Source: Candidatus Parcubacteria bacterium
Lineage (GTDB): Bacteria; Patescibacteriota; Patescibacteriia; Patescibacteriales; UBA12075
Assembly (NCBI GenBank): GCA_002869165.1
Contig: PKTK01000006.1
Location: forward strand, 2,127 to 66,126
Reading direction: 5' to 3'
Length of the DNA stretch: 64,000 nucleotides
How positions within the stretch are numbered: position 1 is the stretch's first letter; each line of letters starts with the position of its first letter. Positions 51,101 to 57,443 of the stretch are shown piece by piece. Position numbers and translations under genes: made by a program. The notes below the pieces were generated by a model. The model was not told the DNA's origin and ran no database searches. It was given only the letters and a program-made list of their open reading frames with translations.

Positions 51101-54100
51101 TATCAAAAAATAATATGGCATCAGTAATATCACTACTTACTATACCACTTACACTACTTAAATTAAAAATAGTCTCCCCAAGAGATATTGTTTCTCCCTC
51201 GGCTAGCAATGAATAACTGTAATGAACAGTGGAAGTAGAAGTCTCTCCTGGCCATTTATTTAGAGTTACTCCCTGACTACTGTTTGCCAAAGTCAAAGTT
51301 CCATATATAGCCACAGTCTTATCATCTATACTAGCCGGACTTGAATCCACTCCCCCATCAATATGAAGCTCTAGGGCGCTAGTTGCGCTAACTGCTTCTG
51401 TAAAATTAACAAATGATACACCAGAAATAGTGATACTGTCATTGATTGCAAAATCAGAAGTAATATCTATGACCAAAACCGAAGCATTGTCCTCATATGA
51501 GACTATAGCACTTGCCTTGCTTGATTGCGCGCCACTAATATTCGCCACTGTATCAGTAGTATCCCACAGCATGCTCACTGCCGTAGTAGCTATGGCTATA
51601 CGAATATCATTACTAGCAGTAATTGCTCCTGAAAAATCCGTAATAGTAATAGCAGAAACAGAAGTAGTCGCCTGTCCAAAGGCGAATGACTGGTTTGATG
51701 CACTAGACATACCAGCGCCTTTAGCGTGCGTAGTATAGCTAGCATTACCCGTAAGATTGATAGCATACTCTGATGTCAAACCAGTAATCGAATCGATACC
51801 ATCAAAATCAATAGTCATCCTATCACCGTCAGCAATACCAGAAACTGACATATCCAAAAGGAAACTTGTCTCAGATGTTGTTGACATGAGATAATATGGA
51901 TCAAAGGTGATGGTGCCTGAATTACCTGTGATGTCTACTTCGCCAGTAGAAACTTTTGCGTTTCCCAAAAAACTACATAAATAAGATGTTTGAGCTAAAT
52001 ATAAAAGTCCATATCGATCAATTGTAAAACCAAGATTATAATAACCTGGTGACACAGTGTTTCCACACGCAGTATAACCGTTCGTACCCCAGGTAGTGTC
52101 TAAATCTCCATTTTTATCATATTTTCTTATCATTGATTTAGTGCCACTAAGATAATAGTATCCACTAACATAAATCGAGCCATCATCATTTACAATAATG
52201 GAAGTCGGCCATTCTGTATATATAGTATTTTCATGAATATAACCACCCGTACTTGTTCCCCAAGATGTGTCTAAGCTTCCACTAGAATCATACTTTCTTA
52301 TCATCCAATCACTATCATCATCCAACACAAAATAAAGTTCACTTGAAGAACTAATAGTTGCATCTGGAAAATTATATAATAGATTGATAACTGAAGGAGT
52401 ATAAGTAACTGCCCCACTAGAACCCCAAGTAGTGACTATGTCACCATTTGAATCATACTTTTCAACCCTAACATCAGAAGAGTCATAATATCCAGTAACA
52501 TAGAGTGAGCCAGAAGAATCAATATCTAAATCATAAAGATTTTCGATATAATTCGTACCAGTTAAAATTCTACCGCTATCAGAGTCCCCCCAAGTAGTAT
52601 CAAGATCGCCATTTGCATCATATTTTAAAATCATCCAATCACCATCACTATCATTAAGCAAACAATGTCCTCCAACATATATGCCACCGTTGGCATCAAT
52701 TGTTAGAGCGTAAGCATATTCTGCTGCTCCTGAATCATAAGTTACAATGCCATTGTTGCCCCAAGTAGTATCAAGATCACCATTTGCATCATATTTTTTA
52801 ACAACAAAATCTTCCGTACTATGATAATTTACAAAAAATGAACCATCAGAATCAAACACTATTTTACTAAAACTATTACCACCAACATTAACAGATCCAC
52901 TATTTCCCCAAGTCTCATCTAGTGCGAAATTTCTATCTCTTTTATAAACATAATTTATTAATGTATAATTATAATCTCCAAACATAGCTACATCATAATA
53001 ATCACCAGAATACAAATCAAAAAGTCCTCCTTCTGAATCTTTTTGCCCATCACCATCCAAATCATAATAAATAGCTGCATCGGTAATATCAGAAGCTGTT
53101 ACTCCGCTAATAGCGCTAAGTGAGAATGTACTGTTTCCGAGAAGCATACTTTCATCTCCCTCCGTAACCAAGGAATATGAATAATGAATAGTAGTAGTTG
53201 AGGTCTCACTTGCCCACTTATTGGTAATGGGGCCTAAAGGGTGATTTTCTAGAGTAAGAGTGCCATAGATAGTTACATTAGCTGTGTCTGTATAGTTAGC
53301 TACGCTATCACTACTTCCATCAAGATAGGTAGAAAAAGCTGGAGTGGCTAAATTAGCTGCGCTAAAGTCCTTGAGTGTGAGACCACTGACTGTGATCCTA
53401 TCTTCCGTACTAAAGTCACTAGTCACATCTATGACCAAGATATAATCACTTTCATAAGATACAGTAGCACTAACCAAACTAGAAGCGTTACCACCGATTA
53501 TAGCTGTGTAGTCAGTTGTGTCCCATTTCATGTCTACACTATCTGAATCTATAACTATGCGTATATCATTATTTGCAGTAATTTCACTATCATTAACAGC
53601 GGTAATAACCATAGTATTAATCATAGTATTAGCCTGACCAGATTCGTATACCATGTCACTTGATGAATAGAACGGTGGAATGAATTTAACACTTGGATAA
53701 TATACGTAGCTTGTTAAATCTGAGCCACTAGAGTTAATTGCACGTAAACAATAGGTAGTGTCCGCAGACATAGATTCATTTAGCAGAGAAAAGTCCCAAA
53801 GGCCAATTTTAGAATTATCTAGAGAATATTTATCATTAGAAAAATTATTAGCTTCTTCGTATGTTTGCATCATTACAGTATCAGAACCATACGTCGGATC
53901 AGTAGAGCTAGCTGTTATACTAGTAGTTCCATCAGATACTGAGCTATTGTTATAAAACGAAATAGGTGTAGCCGTAGTAATATCTGTGTAACTTGAGTCA
54001 GCACAAGAGCCTGACAAGGGAGCGTATTGTAATTTCATTGCCACCGTAGAAGTTTCTGCATAACCTCCATAGTTTCCAAGTAACATTCTCAAACGAAATT

Positions 54101-54866
54101 CCTGATCTGTGGCAGTGACTGTAGAAGTTGCATTCGAGTCAGCCAAAACTGGACCAGTAGTAGTTGCGTCTGCGTTTTCATACCACCTGTAGCCAACCTG
54201 ATAAAAATCAGGGGCTACACTTATACTGATCTTGGAGGAAGTAGCGTAGTAGCCATCAACACCTGTATAGAGAAAACTGTCAGCAGAGTCCATAAGAGTA
54301 GTATCCGTGGTTATGAGATACATAAGACCTTCTAAATATGTTGATGTAACTCCACCTTGACCAACATTTACCGTACCTGATCTACTGATACGCACATTGG
54401 ATGTATCGCTCCAAGCAACCGAGCAAGTTGCAGAAACATCATCACTGTCATTGTCATAAAAACCACAAGTGCCTAAAGTAGGACTGGCGCCTGCCCAATA
54501 CGACGAACCCTTAACATAAAAATGTTCCCAATATTCATCACTTGAATCATAAACTAGAGTAGTTTTACTGCCCGTACCATCATATACTACTGACTGAACA
54601 CGATAGGTTTGACCCTGGTTAATATCTCCTGAACTACAAACATCTGTTTCACTGTTTACATTTGATAAAGTAGCCGAGCAGATCAAGGTACCATCATCCC
54701 AAGATAAAGTCGCATCGTCTGTGGTAGTAGCCCCTGCCCAAATCTCAAAACTATCAGTAGTCGCCCAACTAGGTTCAGGCAGAGATGCAGCCATAGCCAA
54801 ATCAGCCGTGAAAAATATACCGACTAAGAGAAATAATATATAGATTGTATGTTTGGTGGAAAACAT
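36114..54866 (-). CDS. giant secreted repeat protein (6250 aa) with stacked beta-propeller-like arrays
   Basis: A single uninterrupted ORF with a signal-peptide-like N-terminus (hydrophobic core, then LAMA-AS). About nine copies of an NDIRIAIA...WDTTD...ISGLSF module are present. Many 55-60-aa repeats (WMIRKYDANGDLDTTWGDSDSGI...AIYVAGYY) resemble the delta-60 repeat. Confidence 0.85.
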   Translation of the reverse strand: MFSTKHTIYILFLLVGIFFTADLAMAASLPEPSWATTDSFEIWAGATTTDDATLSWDDGTLICSATLSNVNSETDVCSSGDINQGQTYRVQSVVYDGTGSKTTLVYDSSDEYWEHFYVKGSSYWAGASPTLGTCGFYDNDSDDVSATCSVAWSDTSNVRISRSGTVNVGQGGVTSTYLEGLMYLITTDTTLMDSADSFLYTGVDGYYATSSKISISVAPDFYQVGYRWYENADATTTGPVLADSNATSTVTATDQEFRLRMLLGNYGGYAETSTVAMKLQYAPLSGSCADSSYTDITTATPISFYNNSSVSDGTTSITASSTDPTYGSDTVMMQTYEEANNFSNDKYSLDNSKIGLWDFSLLNESMSADTTYCLRAINSSGSDLTSYVYYPSVKFIPPFYSSSDMVYESGQANTMINTMVITAVNDSEITANNDIRIVIDSDSVDMKWDTTDYTAIIGGNASSLVSATVSYESDYILVIDVTSDFSTEDRITVSGLTLKDFSAANLATPAFSTYLDGSSDSVANYTDTANVTIYGTLTLENHPLGPITNKWASETSTTTIHYSYSLVTEGDESMLLGNSTFSLSAISGVTASDITDAAIYYDLDGDGQKDSEGGLFDLYSGDYYDVAMFGDYNYTLINYVYKRDRNFALDETWGNSGSVNVGGNSFSKIVFDSDGSFFVNYHSTEDFVVKKYDANGDLDTTWGNNGIVTYDSGAAEYAYALTIDANGGIYVGGHCLLNDSDGDWMILKYDANGDLDTTWGDSDSGRILTGTNYIENLYDLDIDSSGSLYVTGYYDSSDVRVEKYDSNGDIVTTWGSSGAVTYTPSVINLLYNFPDATISSSSELYFVLDDDSDWMIRKYDSSGSLDTSWGTSTGGYIHENTIYTEWPTSIIVNDDGSIYVSGYYYLSGTKSMIRKYDKNGDLDTTWGTNGYTACGNTVSPGYYNLGFTIDRYGLLYLAQTSYLCSFLGNAKVSTGEVDITGNSGTITFDPYYLMSTTSETSFLLDMSVSGIADGDRMTIDFDGIDSITGLTSEYAINLTGNASYTTHAKGAGMSSASNQSFAFGQATTSVSAITITDFSGAITASNDIRIAIATTAVSMLWDTTDTVANISGAQSSKASAIVSYEDNASVLVIDITSDFAINDSITISGVSFVNFTEAVSATSALELHIDGGVDSSPASIDDKTVAIYGTLTLANSSQGVTLNKWPGETSTSTVHYSYSLLAEGETISLGETIFNLSSVSGIVSSDITDAILFFDTDENGEFSDGILDSWGDSESGIITVSNSAGDDYAQAITMDSDNNIYVAGYYYNTTNADTDWMIRKYDANGDLDTTWGDSDTGIIIVSNDNGSDGAFAITLDSSNAIYVAGNYYNASNADLDWMIRKYDANGDLDTTWGDSDSGIVTVSSNDGSDFAYTITIDSSNSIYIAGGYYDSGNADYDWMIRKYNANGDLDTTWGDSDSGIIVVVNDEGIITNNEVVYGITIDSSNAIYVTGYGVGLTRKYDANGDLDTTWGDSDTGIVSVSCYAITIDSSNSIYIAENNADWIINKYDANGDLDTTWGDSDSGTITVSNSGTDLNKAITIDSSNAIYVAGYYYVSSSDDDWMIRKYDSSGDIDTSWGDSNSGIVSVSNNAGDDSALAITIDSNKAIYLAGYYYVSSTDDWMIRKYTPETISTGVVSINDTSGTIIFSDASHVIGTTSGDYYVDLTVSNIENGDTMTIDLGSIVATGTVSDYAISYVGDASSTTHAKGTTISSASDQVFAVGQATTSISAITITDFVGGNITASNDIRIAIATSAVGMLWDTTDTTATISGDQLAKVSSSVTYDGDGSVLVINVTSDFDAFDAITISGLSFVGFTEAASSTGLLELHIDGGVDSSSASTDDKLLTVYGALTLQNASTGVTPNKWPGETSTSTIHYSYSLLAEGETMSLGETVFNLSNVNGVVTSDISDVKLYVDYNKDGLLDYTILDSNWGDSDSGIITASSSASDDSANAIIVDSNNAIYVAGYYYDSSNADNDWMIRKYDSSGDLDTTWGNSDSGIITVSNNNGADKAYAITTDSNNAIYVAGGYYVSNSDWMIRKYDANGDLDTTWGDSDSGVIIYDTLGEIYDITSDSNNAIYVVGYKSNSTMDWMIRKYDANGDLDTTWGDSDTGVISVVNNDGVDLASAITIDSNNAIYVAGGYYNLTNTDRDWMIRKYDSSGDLDITWGDSDTGIVTVSSDAGGDEIYGITIDSNNAIYTAGYYYSATNADYDWMIRKYDSSGDLDTTWGDSDTGIIIASSTAGHDYAYDITIDSSNAIYVAGYYYDSSNADKDWMIRKYDANGDLDTTWGESDTGIVTVSSAAGDDSIQAIVIDSNNTIYVAGYYYDSSNANQDWMIRKYSSELVANGAVSISNDSGTINLATSSNYYMYATSTDFYLELTASNIADGVRMTIDFTSVEATGAVSAYPITLTGDASSTTHAKGTTISSASNQVFEVGQATTSMSAITITDYAGAITVSNDIRIAIATDTVGMLWDTTQDTATISGDQSSKVSTSVTYDGGGSVLLINVSSDFEMEDTITISGLSFTSFTEAASSTGLLELHIDGGVDSSPASTDDKVITLYGALTLQNNSAGPITNKWPGETSTSTIHYSYSTVAEAEPVNFGETIFNLSGVSGVVTSDVTVAQLYIDYNNNGEIEGSLLSQDWGDSDSGVITYSNDAGDDAARAVVLDSKGSVYVAGYSGYNWVIRKFNTYGDLDIGWGDDDSGIITASSAGYARSMVIDSSNNIYVFGQISPGVSRDWMIRKYDSNGDLDTTWGDSDSGIISFINSGVDDPYAIAIDSDNAIYAAGNYDCGSGYCWMVRKYDANGDLDTTWGDSDSGIVTSEGGGYDTNYAQDITIDSSNAIYVAGAYYNSDNLSDDWMIRKYDVNGDLDTTWGDSDTGIITVENVNTNRTDSIYSITIDSSNDIYAAGYYFSSPSSYNMIRKYNSSGDLYTTWGDSDSGIVTSESGLFYNYALNLDPDGSIYVAGFYSQDIAIFKYDSSGNLDTTWGDSNSGMVSFDSGGIDWAYDLALNSGSLYIAGSYYNSSNDDQDWMIRKYNQELAIDGQVDISGNSGTITFATSTSYGNYSSNSTNFILNLTASNIDNGDRMTIDFGSAEATGLLSGYPITLTGDASSTTHAKGVTISSASDQAFAIYQATTTISAITVADYLGGSITASNDIRIAIATTSVPMLWDTTDTTATISGDQSSKVSATVSYEMNGEVLVIDVTSDFAIGDNIIISGLSFADFTEVATSTDVLQLHIDGGVDSSPVDTDDKVVTIHGSLVLANHSDGPILNQWPGETSVDTIHYSYSLVAEGEIMTLGETVFSLSDIRGVVADDITDAMVFVDYNDNNRLNNGIPASWGDSNSGIVAISNNDGDDFSNAITIDSNNAIYVAGEYENSTNSDTDWMIRKYDANGDLDTTWGDSDSGIIVISSDTGDDHAYAITIDSSNAIYVAGYFNDSTLDWMIRKYDANGDLDTTWGDSDTGIITVNGSGIDMAHAIAIDSSNAIYVAGEYYNSSNSSRDWMIRKYDANGDLDTTWGDSDTGIVMVNNGDGNEAIYAITIDSSNAIFVAGDYYSLTNTATDWMIRKYDANGDLDTTWGDSDTGIITVSNDIAWDQVNAIAIDSSNAIYVAGGYSPISTPPGWMIRKYDANGDLDTTWGDSDTGIIKVFHDDLNYDEANDITIDSSNAIYVTGHYKNTNNNDLDWMIRKYDANGDLDTTWGDYNSGIVAISNNDGDDELNAITIDSSNAIYVAGEYENSTNSDTDWMIRKYIPELIIDGGEVSINGSSGSITFSNPVDFDINSTSEDFYLDFAVSNIADGDKMIIDLTSVEAIGQDSNYTISYTGDASSTTHAKGVTISSAADQTFEVGQATTSISAITITDYVGSITASNDIRIAIATSAVGMLWNTADTTATISGNQSSKVSTSVTYDGSGSVLVVDVTSNFEVGDTITISGLSFIDFTKVASSTGILELYVGGLMVDTDDKLITVYGTLDLENHVLGPVENKWLGETSTTTVHYSYSLVSEGESMTLGETVFSLSEVRGVVTDDITNVQLYIDTYDDGKRNTNTTDWTRISYSAGIVTWPGTALIHRITSMANINNTLYIGTFNPDEAEVYRYDGGKSWTKISQETAGTISLGGTSGIDSVWSMANVDDVLYIGTYESGAAEVYRYDGDTNWTLVSSSIPGVITSGGTSDIDYIGSMISIDGTLYIGTSKLADAEVYRYDGGTTWSKVSQEIAGTISSDGSSSINTIESMANVNGILYIGTAKVNFAEVYRYEGDTTWTLVSSSTPGTISLGGTNSISSIGSMISVNNTLYIGTTGGAEVYRYDGDTTWTLVSSSTPGIISSGVTNEVDDIICMANVNNTLYAGTQKTAGGEVYRYDFEYQVTQEANVVISSDTGTITFATSSIYYILATTTNFILQLDAANIANGDKMTIDFSSIVAAGTISAYPIAITGDASSTTHAKGISISSAANQTFEYNQATTSISAITITDYVGSITASNDIRIAIATSAVGMLWNTTDTTATISGNQSSKVDTSVTYDGSGSVMVVDVTSNFTSGDTITISGLSFVDFTEAASSTGLLELHIDGGVDSSPVSTDNKHITVYGLLTMANASTGVTSNKWPGETSTTTIHYSYSLLAEGEDITLGETVFNLSGINGVVTGDVSDVTMFVDRDGDGEFNPFWLYPEWGDSDTGAVIIESDDGGDVVNDIAIDSSNAIYAVGNYYSTTYSDNDWMIRKYDANGDLDTTWGDSDTGIITVSNDGTDNVQAIAIDSSNAIYVAGNYYSSVNTDFDWMIRKYDANGDLDTTWGDSDSGIITVSNNDGNDTIQGIAKDSSNAIYVAGYSYLSSSSYYNWRIRKYDANGDLDTTWGDSNTGIITYTSTDGSDYLNDITIDSSNAIYVGGKLWDSVNLYSRWMIIKYNSDGDLDTTWGDSDSGIIVVNVFGSNTLYSVKVDSSNAIYVGGNAYNSAIGHWEWMIKKYDANGDFDTTWGDSDTGSTTVSNDSSNVNCYDLALDSDNNMFAVGNYSGDWMISKYDSSGDLDTTWGGSNTGYIIVSAGSSPGDIAIGSNDVIYVGGSYYNTTNEDSDWMIRAYNVVTEQEDIEGEVSITGSSGTISFATSTTYNLYATSTDIYLTFTASNIDNGDKMIIDFLSTEVTGVASMYPITLTGDASSTTHAKGTTISSASDQVFAVGQATTSISAITIADYAGIITSSNDIRIAIATSAVGMLWDTTDTTAIIGGGQASKVSTTVSYDGAGSVLVIDVTSDFETLDSFTISGLSFVDFTEVATSTGMLELHIDGGVDSNPVDTDEKTITVYGAINLGNASGGSISNKWPGETSTSTVHYSYSLVTEGEVVNLGNTTFNLSDIVGVETSDITDVQLYIDYNGNSIADGVSVSSGWGDTDTGIISVSSNDGYDYARAMSVDLSNAIYVAGDYYDSTNTDNDWMIRKYNSSGDLDTTWGSSDSGIITVSNNNGNDYARAMSIDSNNAIYVAGDYYDLTNTDQDWMIRKYDANGDLDTTWGDSNSGIITVSNNNGSDYARAIAIDSDNAIYVTGDYYNSTNSDNDWMIRKYDSGGDLDTTWGSSDSGIITVSSDINNDSAYAITVDSDKAIYVAGEYYDLIDGDYNWMIRKYDANGDLDTTWGDSDTGIITISNTGNDSIRAITTDSVNAIYVAGDYYSSVNADNDWMIRKYDANGDLDTTWGDSNSGIVAVSNNGGADYAYTISMDVFYSIYVAGVYFSSANVDDDWMIHKYDSNGDIDTSWGDSYTGTLTVSNNNDDYAHAMVIDSYNHIYVAGEYYSSTNADHDWMIRKYNGPEIVSNGQVSISGTSGTITLATSNSYIYDTPTNIYLDLTASNIEDGDRMAIDFASVSGTGLTSSYSPISYTGDASSTLHAKGVFILSASDQVFEVGQATTTISTITIEDRLGSSITAGNDIRIAIATSVAGMLWDTTDLTATIGGAQSSKVSTTVSYDGGGSVLVIDVTSDFVKDDVITISGLSFADFIKAASTSNLSLHIDGGVDGSPVDSDDKSIIIHGILTASNHSQGVISNKWSGGETFVSAVHYAYSLIGEGEKISLATTTLTLTGISGVFTSDISGAWLYLDIDGDAEIDSNPIATGTVYILDSTGVITFVSPSLYEIATTTATDFIVKLDASNLVNLSGGGEQLSRITIEGDVELEGLVQLETGFTFAGDTMSIDLNSVTGALGNDSEYSIDLSGNPSASVHIVTQ
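37350..52950 (-). repeat. hierarchical coding repeats (supermodules of about 2.1 kb, each with about seven sub-repeats of about 170 nt)
   Basis: The landmark HAKG codons recur at about 51723, 49632, 47494, 45396, 43242, 41415, 39276 and 37116. The string GTCGCCGTTTGCGTCGTATTTGCGGATCATCCA recurs near-verbatim many times. Confidence 0.85.
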
Positions 54867-55018
54867 GTGAAAATTTTGGAATTTTGGAATTTACAATTCT
54901 GGAAACAATTTTAAAATTTTGAAATTAAAATTTAAAAAATCAGCTGCTATCTTGAATAATTTGTTATTAAAACATCATTTTTTATTCTCATTATTTTGTC
55001 ATCCTGCATTCCTGTTTT

Positions 55019-55417
55019 TGTAATTCCTGCGAAGGCAGGAATCCAGAAAAAAATATAATTAAATCATATATTCGAAATAATCTTCCCAATTAGGATTTAT
55101 CTCTTCTATCAATCTAAGCTTCCAATCTCTTTTCCATTTTTTTATTTGTTTCTCTCTTTTAATAGCGTTGTTAACATATTCATGTTTCTCATAATAAACT
55201 AATTTATTTATATTATATTTTGCTGTAAAACTATTTTTATCTTCTTCTAATTTGTGCTGAAATATTCTACTAAACAAACTATTAGTAACTCCCGTATATA
55301 ATGTCCCGTTTTTCTCACTGGCTAATATGTAAACAAAAAACTCATACTCTTTTTTGGGTTTTAGTTCATTGACACGGTTCATATATTTTCTAGATTCCTG
55401 CCTTCGCAGGAATGACA
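55019..55417. mobile_element. GIY-YIG gene cassette bracketed by 25-bp inverted repeats
   Basis: TGTAATTCCTGCGAAGGCAGGAATC (55019-55043) compares with the reverse complement of 55393-55417, TGTCATTCCTGCGAAGGCAGGAATC, for 24/25 identity. Confidence 0.45.
55059..55382 (-). CDS. GIY-YIG nuclease family protein (COG2827-like)
   Basis: The core is EYEFFVYILASEKNGTLYTGVTNSLFSRIFQHK. I set the start at the internal MNRVNEL, because the track's N-terminal extension reads through the inverted repeat (FLRRQESR). Confidence 0.75.
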   Translation of the reverse strand: MNRVNELKPKKEYEFFVYILASEKNGTLYTGVTNSLFSRIFQHKLEEDKNSFTAKYNINKLVYYEKHEYVNNAIKREKQIKKWKRDWKLRLIEEINPNWEDYFEYMI

Positions 55418-55564
55418 ATGGAATAACAAATAGCAAGATAACCCCAGAAAAAAGTGGATCGCAAAGCAAGACAGGGTGTATCACGAATGAGAGATAGTCC
55501 TCTGGAGAAGAAACTACCCTGAGATATGACAAAGAAAAATTTCCATTTTTAAATTTTAAATTTA

Positions 55565-57034
55565 TTAAATTGCAAACATTGCTTCATATCCAAGCACTTC
55601 TTTTGTTGCGCTTAAGAATCCATCTAATCTTTCTGAAGATAAACGGTCTAAGGGATTTTTATCGTCAGTGATCAATACTGCTTGATCAGTGGAAATGGAT
55701 ATTTCTTTGTGCCTAAAGGAAAAATCAGGAACGAAATCGTCATTGTCGGTTGCGTAGGCTAATATATTAGCAAAGCCGTCTTGGGTGGAACTAAAATAAA
55801 TATTTTTAAAAACCGAATTCATGGTCATAGCTAGAGACTGAAGCAAGGCGCTATCTTTTTCACCCAAAATATTACAAAAAACCAAAGCATTATCATTTAA
55901 TCTTGTCTTTAAAAGCTCTAAAGCCTCTTTGGTATGCGTATGATACGGAATCACGCTTGAATGATACAAATCAATATAGACAACATCATATTTTTTGTCT
56001 GTCTGGCGCAAAAATTGCCTAGCATCAGCAATATACATCTCATCATTATCATCCAAATTATAATCAAAATAATCCTTGCTCAGTTCTATCATCTTGGGGT
56101 CAAGCTCAACATAATCTATGGCAAACTTCTCGGAAAACACTTCCCCTACCATGCCTACACCATAACCAAGCACCAATATTTTGGCATCATCTGACATATC
56201 AACAAGTTGTTTATTGATCTGTAGAGCTTCATAGGCAAAACTCTGGTTTTCCAATCTAGAAAAAACTGACTGAGCCGAACCGTCCATTAGCAACATATCC
56301 ACATTCTGCATCTGAGCAACTTTCAAATCAGCGTAAAAACTAGGTTCAGAATGGATAATGGTGACTTTATTTTCACTATTTATGTTAAATATTGGCAAAA
56401 AATACACTAGTAACAAAGCTAAAGCAAAAAAAACGAGTAAAGACCATTTTGTTTTTTCTAATATTAGACCAATAATAGCCAAAATTCCCAATATTAAATT
56501 ACTTACCAAAAGTACTAATGCTAGCGAATAATTTGGAATTAACATAAAACCAGCAAGTAAAGCTCCAAAAAGTGAACCTAGAGTAGAAATAGCAAAAATA
56601 TTACCTGAAATTGATCCAGATTTATCGATTTTTAATGAAAAAAGTCTTATGAGTATTGGCCCGCTCATGCTATAAAAGACCAAAGGTAAGGCAAATATTA
56701 ATATTGAAGCCACTAAAGGACCCCATTTGAAACCGAAATTATCAGAAAAAACAAGCAAATACCGATTAATTTTCAATAAAAATATGGCTAATGTTGAAGC
56801 AGAGGCAATAATTCCGTACCAAAGCTGAAAACTCTTATACTTATCCCCAACTACTCCACCAAAATAATATCCAAGAGTTAAAAAGCCTAAAGTTACAGTA
56901 ATAAGGGATGACCAAACATAGATTGTAGAACCAAAAAAAGGAGCCAAAAGTCTAGCTCCTCCTATTTCCATAATTAGAACCACCGCACCAACCAAAAAAA
57001 GAGTTAAATATTGATAAAATTTCTCAAATTTCAT
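55565..57034 (-). CDS. membrane-fused spermidine-synthase-like (PABS-fold) protein
   Basis: The N-terminal 220 aa or so are polytopic. The C-terminal region has VLGYGVGM and YVELDP...YDVVYIDLY. The start is probably MKFEKF. Confidence 0.65.
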   Translation of the reverse strand: MKFEKFYQYLTLFLVGAVVLIMEIGGARLLAPFFGSTIYVWSSLITVTLGFLTLGYYFGGVVGDKYKSFQLWYGIIASASTLAIFLLKINRYLLVFSDNFGFKWGPLVASILIFALPLVFYSMSGPILIRLFSLKIDKSGSISGNIFAISTLGSLFGALLAGFMLIPNYSLALVLLVSNLILGILAIIGLILEKTKWSLLVFFALALLLVYFLPIFNINSENKVTIIHSEPSFYADLKVAQMQNVDMLLMDGSAQSVFSRLENQSFAYEALQINKQLVDMSDDAKILVLGYGVGMVGEVFSEKFAIDYVELDPKMIELSKDYFDYNLDDNDEMYIADARQFLRQTDKKYDVVYIDLYHSSVIPYHTHTKEALELLKTRLNDNALVFCNILGEKDSALLQSLAMTMNSVFKNIYFSSTQDGFANILAYATDNDDFVPDFSFRHKEISISTDQAVLITDDKNPLDRLSSERLDGFLSATKEVLGYEAMFAI

Positions 57035-57056
57035 GTGTATCACCATTCTTAAATGC

Positions 57057-57443
57057 TTATTTCCTAGTTCCTACACATTTTCTATTTTCACATTTTATTT
57101 CGCTAGCCTTAAGGGCTCCACTACACTGTTCCTCACAAGTATCTCCACAAGACTCCACAAACCTAGCCTCAAGCTGCACCAAAGCTGTCATATCAGCGTT
57201 TTTATTTATTAAATTATTACAGCCATAAACACAAGAATTAAGTAACACACAATCATTAGCGGTTTTGCAGTACCTCAGATCCTCAATCTCTGAATTAATT
57301 TCCGCCCTAATCTCCTCACAAGAAACAAGCTCAGAAAAATCTTCATTCTTATTATCTCTTAAAATAAAGAAATAAAATATAAATATTAGTAAAAAAACTA
57401 ATAAAAAAACCAAAATAATAATGTTTTTGTTACTTTTAAACAT
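57057..57443 (-). CDS. small secreted/anchored Cys-rich protein
   Basis: 128 aa with an N-terminal hydrophobic helix and about 11 Cys in the C-terminal 90 aa. Confidence 0.5.
   Translation of the reverse strand: MFKSNKNIIILVFLLVFLLIFIFYFFILRDNKNEDFSELVSCEEIRAEINSEIEDLRYCKTANDCVLLNSCVYGCNNLINKNADMTALVQLEARFVESCGDTCEEQCSGALKASEIKCENRKCVGTRK

Noticed and set aside
37350-52950. Regular DNA repeats inside the giant gene considered as a CRISPR array or satellite.
   Set aside because: The repeats are in-frame coding repeats of one uninterrupted ORF, without a unique-spacer architecture. No cas genes are present.
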